64,000 nucleotides of DNA from Waterburya sp. (GTDB lineage Bacteria > Cyanobacteriota > Cyanobacteriia > Cyanobacteriales > Xenococcaceae): positions 2,560,001-2,624,000 of the forward strand of contig CBDCJV010000002.1 of the NCBI GenBank assembly GCA_965217895.1, in the 5' to 3' direction. Positions 40,685 to 52,844 of the stretch are shown here, piece after piece. How positions within the stretch are numbered: the first letter of the stretch is position 1; each line of letters opens with the position of its first letter. The notes under the pieces were generated by a model, which worked only from the letters and a program-made list of their open reading frames with translations, was not told the DNA's origin and did no database searches. Both the position numbers and the translations under genes were made by a program.

Positions 40685-41548
40685 CTATATAGTCTTTGAG
40701 GTGATCTCGCTGATTTCTAGAGAATCGCTTCTTTTTGCTATGGCCTGTTCTAGGTTTTGCTCTGCCTGCTGAAGAATGCTGCGACTATCTATTACGTCTG
40801 TGGGATCGACAACTACTCCTCCTGCATTCATTTTAAGCGATAATGACGTTCCATCTGCTTTTTGTAAAGGAGTTTGCGTAATTTTCTCTCGTAAATATGC
40901 TCCATATTCTGTTATCTCTGTTCCTCTCAAGCCCAAAATCAAGCTAATAAAACGTTTGCGGTCTGTAGTGCCTAGAAAACTATCAGGAATTACAGCATTG
41001 ACAAACCGATTGGCGATCGCTTTATAAACTGCATTTTCGCTGCCTACATCGGCAAAATTACGCTGAGATTTAGCTGGTTCAACCGTAAATAAGATTACGG
41101 TGAGTGATGAATAGCGCGGATTATTAGGTTGATTTTTCATTTGCTGGAGCAAATGTTCTGTTAGCTGCACTGTGGCATCTTTGGTTAACAAACCCGTTAC
41201 CGTATCAGCTAAATTAAAAGTCTGAAGTAGCTCTTGAGTCGCTTCTTGTTTAGCTAGATCTTGCTGCTGTTGTTGGGTGTTTGTTTTGCTTTGCATTTTT
41301 AGCTGGGTTTGTAGCTCGGCAATTTGCTTTTTTTGTCGCGAATTCTGCCAACCCCGCTTAAAAATTGTGGGAGTTGATAATAGCAAGCTGATTATGATTC
41401 CTAACCCTAAGGTAAGAAGTAAAATAATAGCTAAAGACTCTTTAAATTGCCAGACACCAAAACTAATGGTTACCACCGCAGCATTTTGAAAAGCAAAAAG
41501 CACGGCAACTACCGCCATGATCAAGCCGATAATTACTAGAAAAACCAT
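40685..41548 (-). CDS. LapA-like membrane domain fused to a degenerate GGDEF-like domain
   Basis: FAFQN..V.I.F..W two-TM motif, coiled coil, DTVTGLL; the GGDEF position reads TDRKRF. Confidence 0.7.
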   Translation of the reverse strand: MVFLVIIGLIMAVVAVLFAFQNAAVVTISFGVWQFKESLAIILLLTLGLGIIISLLLSTPTIFKRGWQNSRQKKQIAELQTQLKMQSKTNTQQQQQDLAKQEATQELLQTFNLADTVTGLLTKDATVQLTEHLLQQMKNQPNNPRYSSLTVILFTVEPAKSQRNFADVGSENAVYKAIANRFVNAVIPDSFLGTTDRKRFISLILGLRGTEITEYGAYLREKITQTPLQKADGTSLSLKMNAGGVVVDPTDVIDSRSILQQAEQNLEQAIAKRSDSLEISEITSKTI

Positions 41549-41800
41549 AGGTTTATATTTACTAAAAAACTAATTATATGAGTTATGTTATATTTCTTAT
41601 ATTATTGGCATAATCCCATGATTAGTTGAATTCAAAATTAAATGTAATCTAAGTCCAGATTGTTGATTTAAAGCACATCTTCGTAAATCTCTGACATTGT
41701 TAGGGTTAATTCCACTGAATCCAACTGCAATTTATTATCTTTTATTATGTCTATTTTAATTTTGTATAGTGATATTGTAGTAAGGTGATCGCCTTGATAA

Positions 41801-41956
41801 CTGACGTTACGCATTTATCGATACTGTGAAGACTGGGTAGTGGGGTAATTGGGATGTGGGGTGTTTAGGGTAGTTTGGCTTCACTACTTCACTATCTCCA
41901 CTACTCCTCCATACTCCTTATTCACTACTTCATGACCCCATGCTGCGTAATATCAG
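41801..41956. mobile_element. MITE copy 2 (inverted relative to copy 1)
   Basis: CTGACGTTACGCA...TGCGTAATATCAG flanked by TAA/TAA. Confidence 0.75.
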
Positions 41957-42056
41957 TAATAATAAGAGTCTGTTAAATTGATTAGCAGGTAAAATCGCTA
42001 ATAGCCCATAGAATAGAGATATAATTTAGAGGAAAGCTTTATCTAAACTTTGTCTT

Positions 42057-42419
42057 ATGAGCAACACCAATCCTGTAACTAATGCCTTTTTTTTTGGCAG
42101 AGCTTTAGCCGAAGTCTTTAGCGAAAAGATGGAAGAATCTTTTACCAACGCCATGAGCGATCTAGGCAAGTTTGATGCCGAACAAAGAGAAAATTTAAGA
42201 CAATTTATGGAGGAAGTTCAGTTAAGAGCCGAACAAGCAGCAGGTAGCACCTATTATCCAAATAGCACTACTACGACTACTAGTCGTCCCAACACTGCCT
42301 CTAACTCGATCAATATTGATATTAATACTACTAATTCAAGCGATCTACAGGCAATGCTCGATCAATTAAGAGCCGAAATTGCCACTTTGCGATCAGAGTT
42401 AAAAAAATATCGTGACTAA
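42057..42419 (+). CDS. Conserved cyanobacterial hypothetical protein, adjacent to the ABC1 kinase
   Basis: [10 protein letters not shown]...[17 protein letters not shown]...DLQ...D.LRAEIA.LR.EL. Confidence 0.85.
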   Translation: MSNTNPVTNAFFFGRALAEVFSEKMEESFTNAMSDLGKFDAEQRENLRQFMEEVQLRAEQAAGSTYYPNSTTTTTSRPNTASNSINIDINTTNSSDLQAMLDQLRAEIATLRSELKKYRD

Positions 42420-42609
42420 TTAAATTGCGATCGACTAAATTTTCTATTCTGGTAAGTAGCTTGACGCTTTGGTTTTAATCGATCGGATTCTCAAGCAAAT
42501 AGTAAAGTACTTTTGTACTTACGCTGTTTTTTTGGCGATAAGTCGCTACTATTTAGATTAGTTAATCTTATTTAATCAAACATCACAGTTAAACTTCTGT
42601 AAAAATTTA

Positions 42610-44400
42610 GTGTCTTCTGCTATTCCCAATCAAAAATCAATAGACGATCGGTCTAACCAGTCTGATTCAGCCAAAACCGTCAAAGAAGTTGGAGCAGCAG
42701 TCACTCATAGTCAAGAAGCAGGAGTGATGGTAGCTGCTAAGTCCTACCGTTGGAATCGTGCCAAATATTCACGCAATCGTCGGCGACTAGATATCTGGCG
42801 TTTTGTGCTGACGTTTCTATTTAGAAATTGGTGGGACAAGCGTAAGTGGGCTTATCCAGGGGGAATAACTCCAGAGAAACAGGCGTTGAGACGGAGAGAG
42901 CAAGCTGTTTGGATTCGAGAAAACTTTCTAGAGTTGGGACCTACCTTTATCAAAGTTGGTCAACTATTCTCTACCCGTGGGGATTTGTTTCCCATAGAGT
43001 ATGTTGAAGAGCTTTCTAAGCTGCAAGATCGAGTTCCTGCCTTTCCCTACGAGCAGGTTGAAGAGACTATTAAATCAGATTTTGGCAAGTCAATTAATCA
43101 GTTATTCTCTAGTTTTGAGCCTACTCCCTTGGCAGCAGCAAGTTTAGGGCAGGTACATAAAGCTAAACTTCACAGTGGCGAAGAGGTAGTAGTTAAGGTT
43201 CAACGACCAGGTTTAAAGCAGCTATTTACCGTAGATTTAGTAATTCTGCGCCAAATTGCTCGTTATTTTCAAAATCACCGTGAATGGGGTAATAACCGAG
43301 ATTGGCTGGGTATTTACGACGAATGCTGTCGCATTTTGTGGGAAGAAACTGATTACCTTCATGAAGGACGGAATGCAGATACCTTTCGCCGTAATTTTCA
43401 GAAAGAGAATTGGGTGCGTGTTCCTCGTGTCTACTGGAAATACGCTTCTCCCAAGGTGTTAACCTTGGAATATATGCCAGGAATTAAGATCAGCCACTAC
43501 GAAGCAATTGAAGCTGCTGGTTTAGATCGCAAATTATTAGCCAGATTAGGAGCGAAGGCATATCTTCAGCAAATTTTGAATGGAGGGTTTTTTCATGCCG
43601 ATCCTCACCCAGGTAATATTGCTGTAGCGACAGACGGGTCGCTGATCTTCTATGATTTTGGCATGATGGGACAAATTGAAAGTAACATCCGCGAAGGTTT
43701 GATGGATACTTTAGTCGGTATTGCCCAAAAAAATAGCGAAAAGGTGGTCAACTCCCTAATTAACCTGGGAGCTTTAGTCCCTACAGGAGATATGACTTCG
43801 GTAAGGCGTTCAATTCAGTTTATGCTAGACAATTTTATGGACAAACCTTTTGAGGAACAGTCCGTAGATGCGATTAGCGAAGATCTATATGACATAGCCT
43901 ATGGTCAACCATTCCGTTTTCCGGCAACGTTTACCTTTGTGATGCGGGCTTTTTCTACTTTAGAAGGAGTGGGCAAAGGTTTAGACCCTGAATTTAATTT
44001 TATGGAAGTAGCTCAACCTTATGCAATGAAGCTTATGACTAATACAAGTTCTAATGGCAGTACTATTTTTGATGAGTTAGGTAGACAAGCAGCACAGGTA
44101 GGAACAACTGCCCTGGGGCTGCCTAGACGAATCGACGATACAATAGATAAATTAGAAAGAGGAGATTTACGGGTTCGTGTTCGTTCAATTGAATCAGAGC
44201 GAGTTATACGCCGATTGAGTGCAATTCAGCTTGGTACGAACTATACTATGTTGTTTAGTGCTTTACTTATTTGTGCTACTCTCCTTTTGGTTGGTGGATA
44301 CGAGACAGTAGCAGCGATCGCTGCTATCATTGCTTTAGTCCCTGGTTGGGCATTATTGCGGTTGCTAAGGCGCCTCGATCGCATCGATCGTATGTTCTAA
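42610..44400 (+). CDS. ABC1/UbiB (AarF) atypical kinase
   Basis: LGPTFIKVGQ, AAASLGQVH, VKVQRP, FHADPHPGN, DFGM. Confidence 0.94.
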   Translation: MSSAIPNQKSIDDRSNQSDSAKTVKEVGAAVTHSQEAGVMVAAKSYRWNRAKYSRNRRRLDIWRFVLTFLFRNWWDKRKWAYPGGITPEKQALRRREQAVWIRENFLELGPTFIKVGQLFSTRGDLFPIEYVEELSKLQDRVPAFPYEQVEETIKSDFGKSINQLFSSFEPTPLAAASLGQVHKAKLHSGEEVVVKVQRPGLKQLFTVDLVILRQIARYFQNHREWGNNRDWLGIYDECCRILWEETDYLHEGRNADTFRRNFQKENWVRVPRVYWKYASPKVLTLEYMPGIKISHYEAIEAAGLDRKLLARLGAKAYLQQILNGGFFHADPHPGNIAVATDGSLIFYDFGMMGQIESNIREGLMDTLVGIAQKNSEKVVNSLINLGALVPTGDMTSVRRSIQFMLDNFMDKPFEEQSVDAISEDLYDIAYGQPFRFPATFTFVMRAFSTLEGVGKGLDPEFNFMEVAQPYAMKLMTNTSSNGSTIFDELGRQAAQVGTTALGLPRRIDDTIDKLERGDLRVRVRSIESERVIRRLSAIQLGTNYTMLFSALLICATLLLVGGYETVAAIAAIIALVPGWALLRLLRRLDRIDRMF

Positions 44401-44479
44401 ACAAAGATATTATGTTTCAATCACCAAGCGTAGTATTGACTACATCTTTGGTTTTTATCAGTTTATTGACTAACCTTTT

Positions 44480-45205
44480 ATGAAGCGTCACTTTATAGGT
44501 CTTACGGATACAGGGGTTGTAAGAACAGCCAACCAAGATAATTACTTTGTTGACGATGAATTGGGGCGTTTTTTCATTGTTGCCGACGGTATGGGAGGAC
44601 ACGCTGGAGGACAAGAAGCTAGTAGAATTGCCACAGAAGTAATTCACGCCTACTTAGCAGAAAATTGGGATACTCCTCTCTCTTCAGAGGTATTGCTCAA
44701 AGAAGCAGTAGAAAAAGCCAACTTCAGCATCATTGAAGACCAGCAGACTCATCCTGAACGTCGCGACATGGGTACTACGGTAGTAGTGCTAATTTTTCGC
44801 GAAGACAAGCCTTGGTGCGCTCATGTAGGAGATTCTCGTTTGTATCGCCTCAGAAGTTCTCAACTAGAGCAAATTACAGACGATCATACCTGGGTGGGTA
44901 TGGCTCTAAAAAAAGGTGAAATTAATGCAGAACAGGCAAAATTTCATCCCTGGAGACACGTTTTATCTCAATGTTTAGGTCGTGAAGATCTCCAGCATAT
45001 CGATATTCAAGAATTTGAAATTAAGCCTGGAGATCGATTATTAATTTGTAGCGATGGCTTGACAGAAGAAGTAAGTGACGAACAAATTCAAGCTTCTTTA
45101 GCTAATTTAGAATCTTGTCAGACAACTGCTCAGGAGTTGATTGATACTGCTAAGACCGCAGGAGGCTCTGATAATATTACCGTGGTTATTGTTAAGCAAG
45201 AATGA
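44480..45205 (+). CDS. PP2C-family Ser/Thr phosphatase
   Basis: VADGMGGH, MGTT, HVGDSR, CSDGL, GGSDNIT. Confidence 0.94.
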   Translation: MKRHFIGLTDTGVVRTANQDNYFVDDELGRFFIVADGMGGHAGGQEASRIATEVIHAYLAENWDTPLSSEVLLKEAVEKANFSIIEDQQTHPERRDMGTTVVVLIFREDKPWCAHVGDSRLYRLRSSQLEQITDDHTWVGMALKKGEINAEQAKFHPWRHVLSQCLGREDLQHIDIQEFEIKPGDRLLICSDGLTEEVSDEQIQASLANLESCQTTAQELIDTAKTAGGSDNITVVIVKQE

Positions 45206-45226
45206 AGCTATATTTATAATTAATTA

Positions 45227-46402
45227 ATGCTCTCAGAAATAAAAAACATCGCTCAAGATTTCGCGCCACGACTAATTGAAATTCGTCGTCATATTCATTC
45301 TCATCCTGAATTAAGCGGAGAAGAATATCAAACCTCTGCCTATATCGCGGGGGTGTTGTCTTCTTGTGGTTTAAACGTGCAAGAATCTGTGGGTAAAACT
45401 GGAGTTGTGGGAGAGCTAATCGGTTCAGGCAGCGATCGCCGTACTTTGGCAATTCGTACCGATATGGATGCTCTGCCGATTCAAGAGCATCCCAAATTTG
45501 ATTTTGCTTCTCGCAAGCAAGGAATTATGCACGCCTGCGGACACGATGTTCATTCTACTTTGGGCTTAGGTACAGCCATGGTCTTATCTCAGCTAGTCGA
45601 TAAGCTGCCAGGCAATGTGCGCTTTTTGTTTCAGCCTGCCGAGGAAATCGCCCAAGGAGCGAAATGGATGGTCAAAGACGGAGCAATCGAGGGAGTAAAT
45701 GCAATTTATGGGGTTCATGTATTTCCTTCAATTCCTGTTCGTCGGATAGGGATCCGTTATGGAGCTTTGACTTCGGCTGCCGATGAATTAGAAATAGTCA
45801 TTCAAGGAGAGTCAGGACATGGCGCGCGTCCTCATCAGGCGATCGACGCTATTTGGATTGCTGCTCAGGTCATTACTACTCTGCAACAGGCAATTAGTCG
45901 GACACAAAACCCATTGCATCCGATTGTGCTGTCTATTGGGCAAATAGAAGGAGGTAGAGGGCATAACATAATTGCCGATCGCGTCAGAATGGTTGGCACG
46001 GTGCGATCGCTTCATGCCGATAGCCACGCTAACCTACCTCAGTGGATTGAGAACATCGTTCAAGGAGTCTGTCAAACTTTTGGTGCCAAGTGTCAAGTAG
46101 ATTACCGTAGAGGAGTTCCTTCGGTATACAATGACAAAATTTTGACTCAGATAATTGAATCAGCCACTCGTGAAGCCTGGGGTGATGCGAGCGTTCAAAT
46201 TTTACCTGAGCCTTCATTAGGTGCAGAAGATTTTTCTGTGTACCTAGATCGAGTTCCTGGATGTATGTTCCGTCTAGGAGTAGGACATAATGGTAAAACC
46301 AATTATCCTCTCCATCATCCCAAATTTGAGGTGGATGAAGAGGCAATTATCACAGGAGTGGTAACTATGGCTTATGCTGCTTATAAATATTGGCAACATT
46401 GA
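45227..46402 (+). CDS. M20 family amidohydrolase
   Basis: HPELS, DMDALP, MHACGHD, FQPAEE, EDF, LHHP. Confidence 0.93.
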   Translation: MLSEIKNIAQDFAPRLIEIRRHIHSHPELSGEEYQTSAYIAGVLSSCGLNVQESVGKTGVVGELIGSGSDRRTLAIRTDMDALPIQEHPKFDFASRKQGIMHACGHDVHSTLGLGTAMVLSQLVDKLPGNVRFLFQPAEEIAQGAKWMVKDGAIEGVNAIYGVHVFPSIPVRRIGIRYGALTSAADELEIVIQGESGHGARPHQAIDAIWIAAQVITTLQQAISRTQNPLHPIVLSIGQIEGGRGHNIIADRVRMVGTVRSLHADSHANLPQWIENIVQGVCQTFGAKCQVDYRRGVPSVYNDKILTQIIESATREAWGDASVQILPEPSLGAEDFSVYLDRVPGCMFRLGVGHNGKTNYPLHHPKFEVDEEAIITGVVTMAYAAYKYWQH

Positions 46403-46574
46403 GAGAAAATCAGGGTCAACTAGGGCGATCGCAATCCCGCTCACAAGGGTAGGTTTTTAACAAAAGCAAATCAACGGAGTTACAGAAATTATGGGCAGAT
46501 ACCCATCACTTTTTGAAGCTAGTGCTAACATTACTAAGCAAAGTTCATAATGTCTACTTTATTTAGGTTGAATA

Positions 46575-47834
46575 GTGGCACAGGTAGTAGTAGAAAGCGT
46601 TTATAAAAGCTACTCTCGCGGAAAAGCAGATCGAAATAGTATATCTGAACCAGCAGATATTCAAGAGAAGGGTACTTTATCAACTAAAGCAAAACAAGTT
46701 AGCGTGCTGCGGGACATTAACTTTACGGTAGAAGATGGTGAGTTTTTGGTTTTAGTTGGTCCTTCTGGCTGTGGCAAAAGTACGCTGTTACGTTTGCTAG
46801 CAGGATTAGAAGAATTAACGGGAGGAAATATTAAAATTGGCGATCGCCTAGTGAACAATCTCCCACCCAAAGCTAGAGACATCGCTATGGTGTTTCAAAA
46901 TTATGCTCTTTATCCCCATCTAAATATTTACGACAACATCGCCTTTGGTTTACGACGCAATTATCAAAAAGAAGATCGGGTTAATTCTTTTGCGTTAGAA
47001 AATATTTTGACGGGGACAACTAAATATTTACCTCGCAGTCTGCGGTATATCTCGGCAAAAGAAAAGGTGATTAAAGACAGAGTTAGATATGTGTCGAGTT
47101 TATTGCAGATAGATTCTTTGCTTTACCGTTTACCCAAAGAATTATCAGGAGGACAAAAACAACGGGTAGCATTAGGCAGAGCGATCGCCCGTAACCCCCA
47201 AGTCTTTTTGATGGATGAACCATTATCTAACCTAGATGCCAAACTCCGCACCCAAACCCGCGCTCAAATCGTCCAGCTACAGCGACAGTTAAAGACAACT
47301 ACCATATATGTAACCCACGATCAAATTGAAGCAATGACTATGGGCGATCGCATTGCGGTCATGAACAAGGGTAAAATTCAGCAAATTGCCCCACCTTTAG
47401 AAATATACGAACATCCTGTAAATCGCTTTGTGGCTGAATTTATTGGTTCACCGCCCATGAATTTTTTACCTGTTGATTTAGTTAAACCTTTGAAGTTGGC
47501 ACACCAATACTTTAAGCTTGATTTACCTGATGTCTGGACTCAATCTCTACAGTCTTTTCAGGCAAAATCACTTATTTTAGGTATTCGTCCTCAGCATTTA
47601 TCAATAGACAATCAAAAGGAGTCTAACATACAGATTACGGTAGATTTAGTAGAGGCATTAGGGAGTGAAACCTATATCTCTACCCATTTAACAGCAGATG
47701 CCAAGACGAGATTAACCGTATCTTTGCCTCCGAGTCAGCGACTTGCGATCGGTGATTCTATTTGGTTAGCTATAGATATGAGTAAAATCCATCTTTTTAC
47801 AGTTGATGACGGACGAGCAATAGTTATTAAATAA
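46575..47834 (+). CDS. Sugar ABC transporter ATP-binding subunit (MalK-like)
   Basis: GPSGCGKST, LSGGQ, MDEPLSNLD, YVTHDQ, TOBE-like tail. Confidence 0.93.
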   Translation: MAQVVVESVYKSYSRGKADRNSISEPADIQEKGTLSTKAKQVSVLRDINFTVEDGEFLVLVGPSGCGKSTLLRLLAGLEELTGGNIKIGDRLVNNLPPKARDIAMVFQNYALYPHLNIYDNIAFGLRRNYQKEDRVNSFALENILTGTTKYLPRSLRYISAKEKVIKDRVRYVSSLLQIDSLLYRLPKELSGGQKQRVALGRAIARNPQVFLMDEPLSNLDAKLRTQTRAQIVQLQRQLKTTTIYVTHDQIEAMTMGDRIAVMNKGKIQQIAPPLEIYEHPVNRFVAEFIGSPPMNFLPVDLVKPLKLAHQYFKLDLPDVWTQSLQSFQAKSLILGIRPQHLSIDNQKESNIQITVDLVEALGSETYISTHLTADAKTRLTVSLPPSQRLAIGDSIWLAIDMSKIHLFTVDDGRAIVIK

Positions 47835-47943
47835 CTATAGAGATAAGTATTTATCTTGAGTACGAAATAGAAACAACTAAACTCAAAATCGTTGAACGAC
47901 TACTTACAACTAACTATTAACTCTAGACAATCAATTATTTACA

Positions 47944-49395
<1,452 letters not shown>

Positions 49396-49767
49396 TATTT
49401 TGTCTAGACAGAAGCATCATGATGCTTCTGTCTACATGGTTAAACAGTTTTTTCACAGGCTTGAGGCTCTAGTTTTTAGAAGAGGATTGAAGGTGAGAGA
49501 GAGCAAGCAAGGGTTTTAAACCCAGAAAACGGGACTCGGTTTTCGGTTTAGTTCTCAAGCCTAAAGCCAAGAGCCTCGTCCCGCAAGGATAAATAAATCA
49601 TGTAGAGGCGAATCAATCTTTACCCTTACAATTTATCTTGTCCTAAAGTGTCAATCACTCAGATAATACTAAATAGAGTTTGCTAAAACAACACAGTAGA
49701 ATGACAACATAATTTGTTTTGCCAAACAATTCTAAATTTAAGTTTGTAATCTTTCTGGGAAGAATTT

Positions 49768-50319
49768 ATGAGTCGCCTAAAATTATTACTGTTTATAATA
49801 CTCATCGGCGTATTGACGATTGTATTTGTTCAAAATAGAGAACCTATAGCTCTCAAACTACTTTGTGATGACGTTAATAATCAATATTGCTTCTATCAGA
49901 CTCCTCAATTACCACTTGCGGTCTGGATTGGCTTGTTTGCCTTGGGAGGAATGCTAACTAGCTTATTAAGTCAAGTTTTTAGTCGCTTTAGCTACTCAGG
50001 TTTGAGTAAAAGTAGATCGAGGAAAACTGCCAACGATCTCTATCCCGAAAGAGAAAGTTGGGTCGACCGAGATGGCAAAGAACAATATGGTGTTGATTCA
50101 ACTCCGATTCAAGATACTTCAACTAGATTTACTGACGTTAAGACCTATGAAGCTTCTCAGCAACCAGAAAGCGTAGAGCGATCGGGGTCTAATTATTCTT
50201 ACAAGTATAGTCCAGCAGATAAATCATCTAATATGCGAAATAATTCTAAGAATAACTCAATTGATTTAGACAAAAACACTAACATTACTCCTGATAAGGA
50301 GGATGAGGACTGGATCTAA
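49768..50319 (+). CDS. Hypothetical membrane protein (LapA-like N-terminus, disordered acidic tail)
   Basis: Two TM segments with FVQN, LPLAVW; tail ends EDEDWI. Confidence 0.7.
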   Translation: MSRLKLLLFIILIGVLTIVFVQNREPIALKLLCDDVNNQYCFYQTPQLPLAVWIGLFALGGMLTSLLSQVFSRFSYSGLSKSRSRKTANDLYPERESWVDRDGKEQYGVDSTPIQDTSTRFTDVKTYEASQQPESVERSGSNYSYKYSPADKSSNMRNNSKNNSIDLDKNTNITPDKEDEDWI

Positions 50320-50522
50320 GAACATTTAACTAGAGCAGCAAATAGCTCCCTAGATTCTTGTTTAACTATGCCCAGCATAGTAGCTTGCTGCAAATCTATA
50401 AACGCTTCTAAATCCTCTAGTTCGTATTTATTTCTCAGCATCAGCTTGAGGTTTTCTTCTGCTTCTAGCGTCAAGTAACCTGTATTTAAAGCCTGTTCTG
50501 CAATTTTACTGATCATCCCCAT
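50316..50522 (-). CDS. Small conserved cyanobacterial hypothetical protein
   Basis: QAL.TGYLT.EAE..L...AF..LQ.A...G.V.QESRE. Confidence 0.7.
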   Translation of the reverse strand: MGMISKIAEQALNTGYLTLEAEENLKLMLRNKYELEDLEAFIDLQQATMLGIVKQESRELFAALVKCS

Positions 50523-51038
50523 GACTAGTTTTTAACTCCTAATTTATATTAATCTTATTTAAAAATTACTGAGATATTGTTTGTAAAAAAGTATTATGAT
50601 TGTTTTAGGTTTATACCGTGTTATTTAATAACTTTATTGATTTATTATTAGATTTTAATTAAACTTGAGTGTTTATTCTGTAATCTCGATCACGTTCATC
50701 TAAACACTTATGTAGCAAATATAATAAGTTGGTAAAGCAACCAAGTATTTGATGAAGCAGAGAAGAAATACAGGTTAGTTATCGTTTTTTGATTAATTCA
50801 TAATGATTGTTTGGTCATAAATCAAGGCTGCTTGAAAAACTTCAAACAGGATTGCGCTTATATTAGGTGATTATAAACGTTTGTTATATTATTTTTATCG
50901 GTAATTCTACTTACTATTATGACTTTAAAATTATGGAAATGAAAAATTAAGACATAAAAGATAGTAAAAACCTTTAAATTATTAATAATCTGGTTCACGA
51001 TTAGAAATTAACTAGTAAAAACACTCCTATGGGCAAAA

Positions 51039-51575
51039 ATGAGTAATCTGTTACAGGGTTTAAATGTTTATTTAATAGGCATGATGGGTTCAGGGAAAAC
51101 AACTATTGGTAAATGTTTAGCCAAAGATCTTAAGTACCGTTTTGTAGATACAGACCAAACCATAGAAGCGATCGCTAAAAAGCCAATTTCGGCAATTTTC
51201 CAACAGTCAGGAGAATCATATTTTCGGGAGTTAGAAAAGGCAGTTTTAGCCGAATTTTCGGTATATACACGCACTGTTGTAGCCACTGGCGGGGGAATTA
51301 TTCAACAACAGCTTAACTGGAGTTATCTACGTCACGGTTTAATTATTTGGTTGGACGTAGATGTAGAAATACTAAAAAGAAGATTAGCCAAAGATGAAGC
51401 TAGACCCCTGGCTGACAAACTAGAATCATTGCTAGAGACTCGTCGTCCTCTTTATGCCCAAGCAGACATTCAAATTGCGATCGCCAAAGAGCAGTCCCCC
51501 TCAGAAATATCGGCTCAAATTATAGAAACTATTCCGACTGCTTTAAAGCCACAGGTTAGAAAAATCCAGCTTTAA
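51039..51575 (+). CDS. aroK: Shikimate kinase
   Basis: GMMGSGKTT, DTD, FRELE, ATGGG, RPL. Confidence 0.93.
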   Translation: MSNLLQGLNVYLIGMMGSGKTTIGKCLAKDLKYRFVDTDQTIEAIAKKPISAIFQQSGESYFRELEKAVLAEFSVYTRTVVATGGGIIQQQLNWSYLRHGLIIWLDVDVEILKRRLAKDEARPLADKLESLLETRRPLYAQADIQIAIAKEQSPSEISAQIIETIPTALKPQVRKIQL

Positions 51576-51765
51576 GACGACTATAAATTAATTGACCTAG
51601 GTTTATTTGTACTATAAATAACGAGTAACGAGTAATGAGTGCTAAAAGCGAATTTCATATATTTCCTATTAGGAATGACTATACTTCGTAAAAAATATCA
51701 CTTTGTAAGTGTTGATTAGCCAGTAGCATAACTAAATATCTTTAATCTTGAACAACTAAAACTAT

Positions 51766-52662
51766 ATGGTCTACGAAAGCGAATATTTCCAAGAAGCAGC
51801 AGCAAGCCGTGTTCGTATTCTCAGTGAAGCTCTGCCTTATATTCAGAAATTTGCCAATCGCACTATCGTTATTAAATACGGTGGCGCAGCCATGAAAGAT
51901 AGCAGCTTAAAAGCTCAAGTTATTGGTGACATAGTTTTTCTTGCCTGTGTTGGAGTGCGTCCCGTGGTGGTACATGGAGGAGGACCTGAAATTAATACCT
52001 GGCTGCAAAAATTAAACATAGCATCAGCTTTTAAAGATGGATTGCGCATTACCGATGCAGCAACAATGGATGTGGTAGAAATGGTCTTGGCAGGTAGGGT
52101 AAATAAAGAACTAGTATCTTTAATCAGCCGTGCAGGAGCGTTAGCGGTTGGTTTATGTGGCAAAGATGGCAATCTGATTCAAGCTCGTCCTGTAGGCAAA
52201 GAAGGAGTTGGATTTGTCGGGGAAGTTACCAACGTTAATATAGGCTTGGTTGAATCCTTGGTTGATAATGGTTATGTCCCTGTAATCTCCAGCGTTGCTG
52301 CCGACGAAAACGGACAGGCGTATAACATCAATGCTGATACGGTAGCAGGAGAAATAGCGGCAGCTTTAGATGCTGAGAAGCTAATTTTGTTAACCGATAC
52401 TCCAGGCATTTTGTACGATTATCACGATCCTTCTACCCTAATCAAAATATTGGATATCCAAAAAGCTAGAAACTTAATTGACCAAGAAATTGTTTCAGGC
52501 GGAATGATTCCTAAAGTCAATTGTTGCGTGCGATCGCTTGCTCAAGGGGTTCGTGCTGCCCATATTTTAGATGGTCGTTTACCCCACTCGCTGTTATTAG
52601 AGATTTTGACCGATGAAGGTACTGGCTCAATGATTGTTGCCTCAGAATTACTAAATTATTAG
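51766..52662 (+). CDS. argB: Acetylglutamate kinase
   Basis: [26 protein letters not shown]. Confidence 0.96.
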   Translation: MVYESEYFQEAAASRVRILSEALPYIQKFANRTIVIKYGGAAMKDSSLKAQVIGDIVFLACVGVRPVVVHGGGPEINTWLQKLNIASAFKDGLRITDAATMDVVEMVLAGRVNKELVSLISRAGALAVGLCGKDGNLIQARPVGKEGVGFVGEVTNVNIGLVESLVDNGYVPVISSVAADENGQAYNINADTVAGEIAAALDAEKLILLTDTPGILYDYHDPSTLIKILDIQKARNLIDQEIVSGGMIPKVNCCVRSLAQGVRAAHILDGRLPHSLLLEILTDEGTGSMIVASELLNY

Positions 52663-52690
52663 AGTAGTTAAACAAGTAGCCAACTGCAAT

Positions 52691-52836
52691 GGCGTTGCAT
52701 CATTATGGGATGGTTAGGTTTGACTAGTGGAATGGCAAACTAGGAGCGGTAGCCAAGGAACGCGCAAGGGAATGTCTACCGAGAGGGGAATCATTAATCT
52801 TCTTCATTCAGAATCATCCCGCAACTGTGCAATGCC
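52691..52836. mobile_element. MITE-like element
   Basis: Imperfect terminal inverted repeats GGCGTTGCATCATTATGGGATG / CATCCCGCAACTGTGCAATGCC. Confidence 0.5.
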
Positions 52837-52844
52837 TTGACTGC

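Noticed and set aside
50679..50694. CRP/NtcA-like site TGTAATCTCGATCACG
   Set aside because: Only a partial match in a very AT-rich spacer; not supportable
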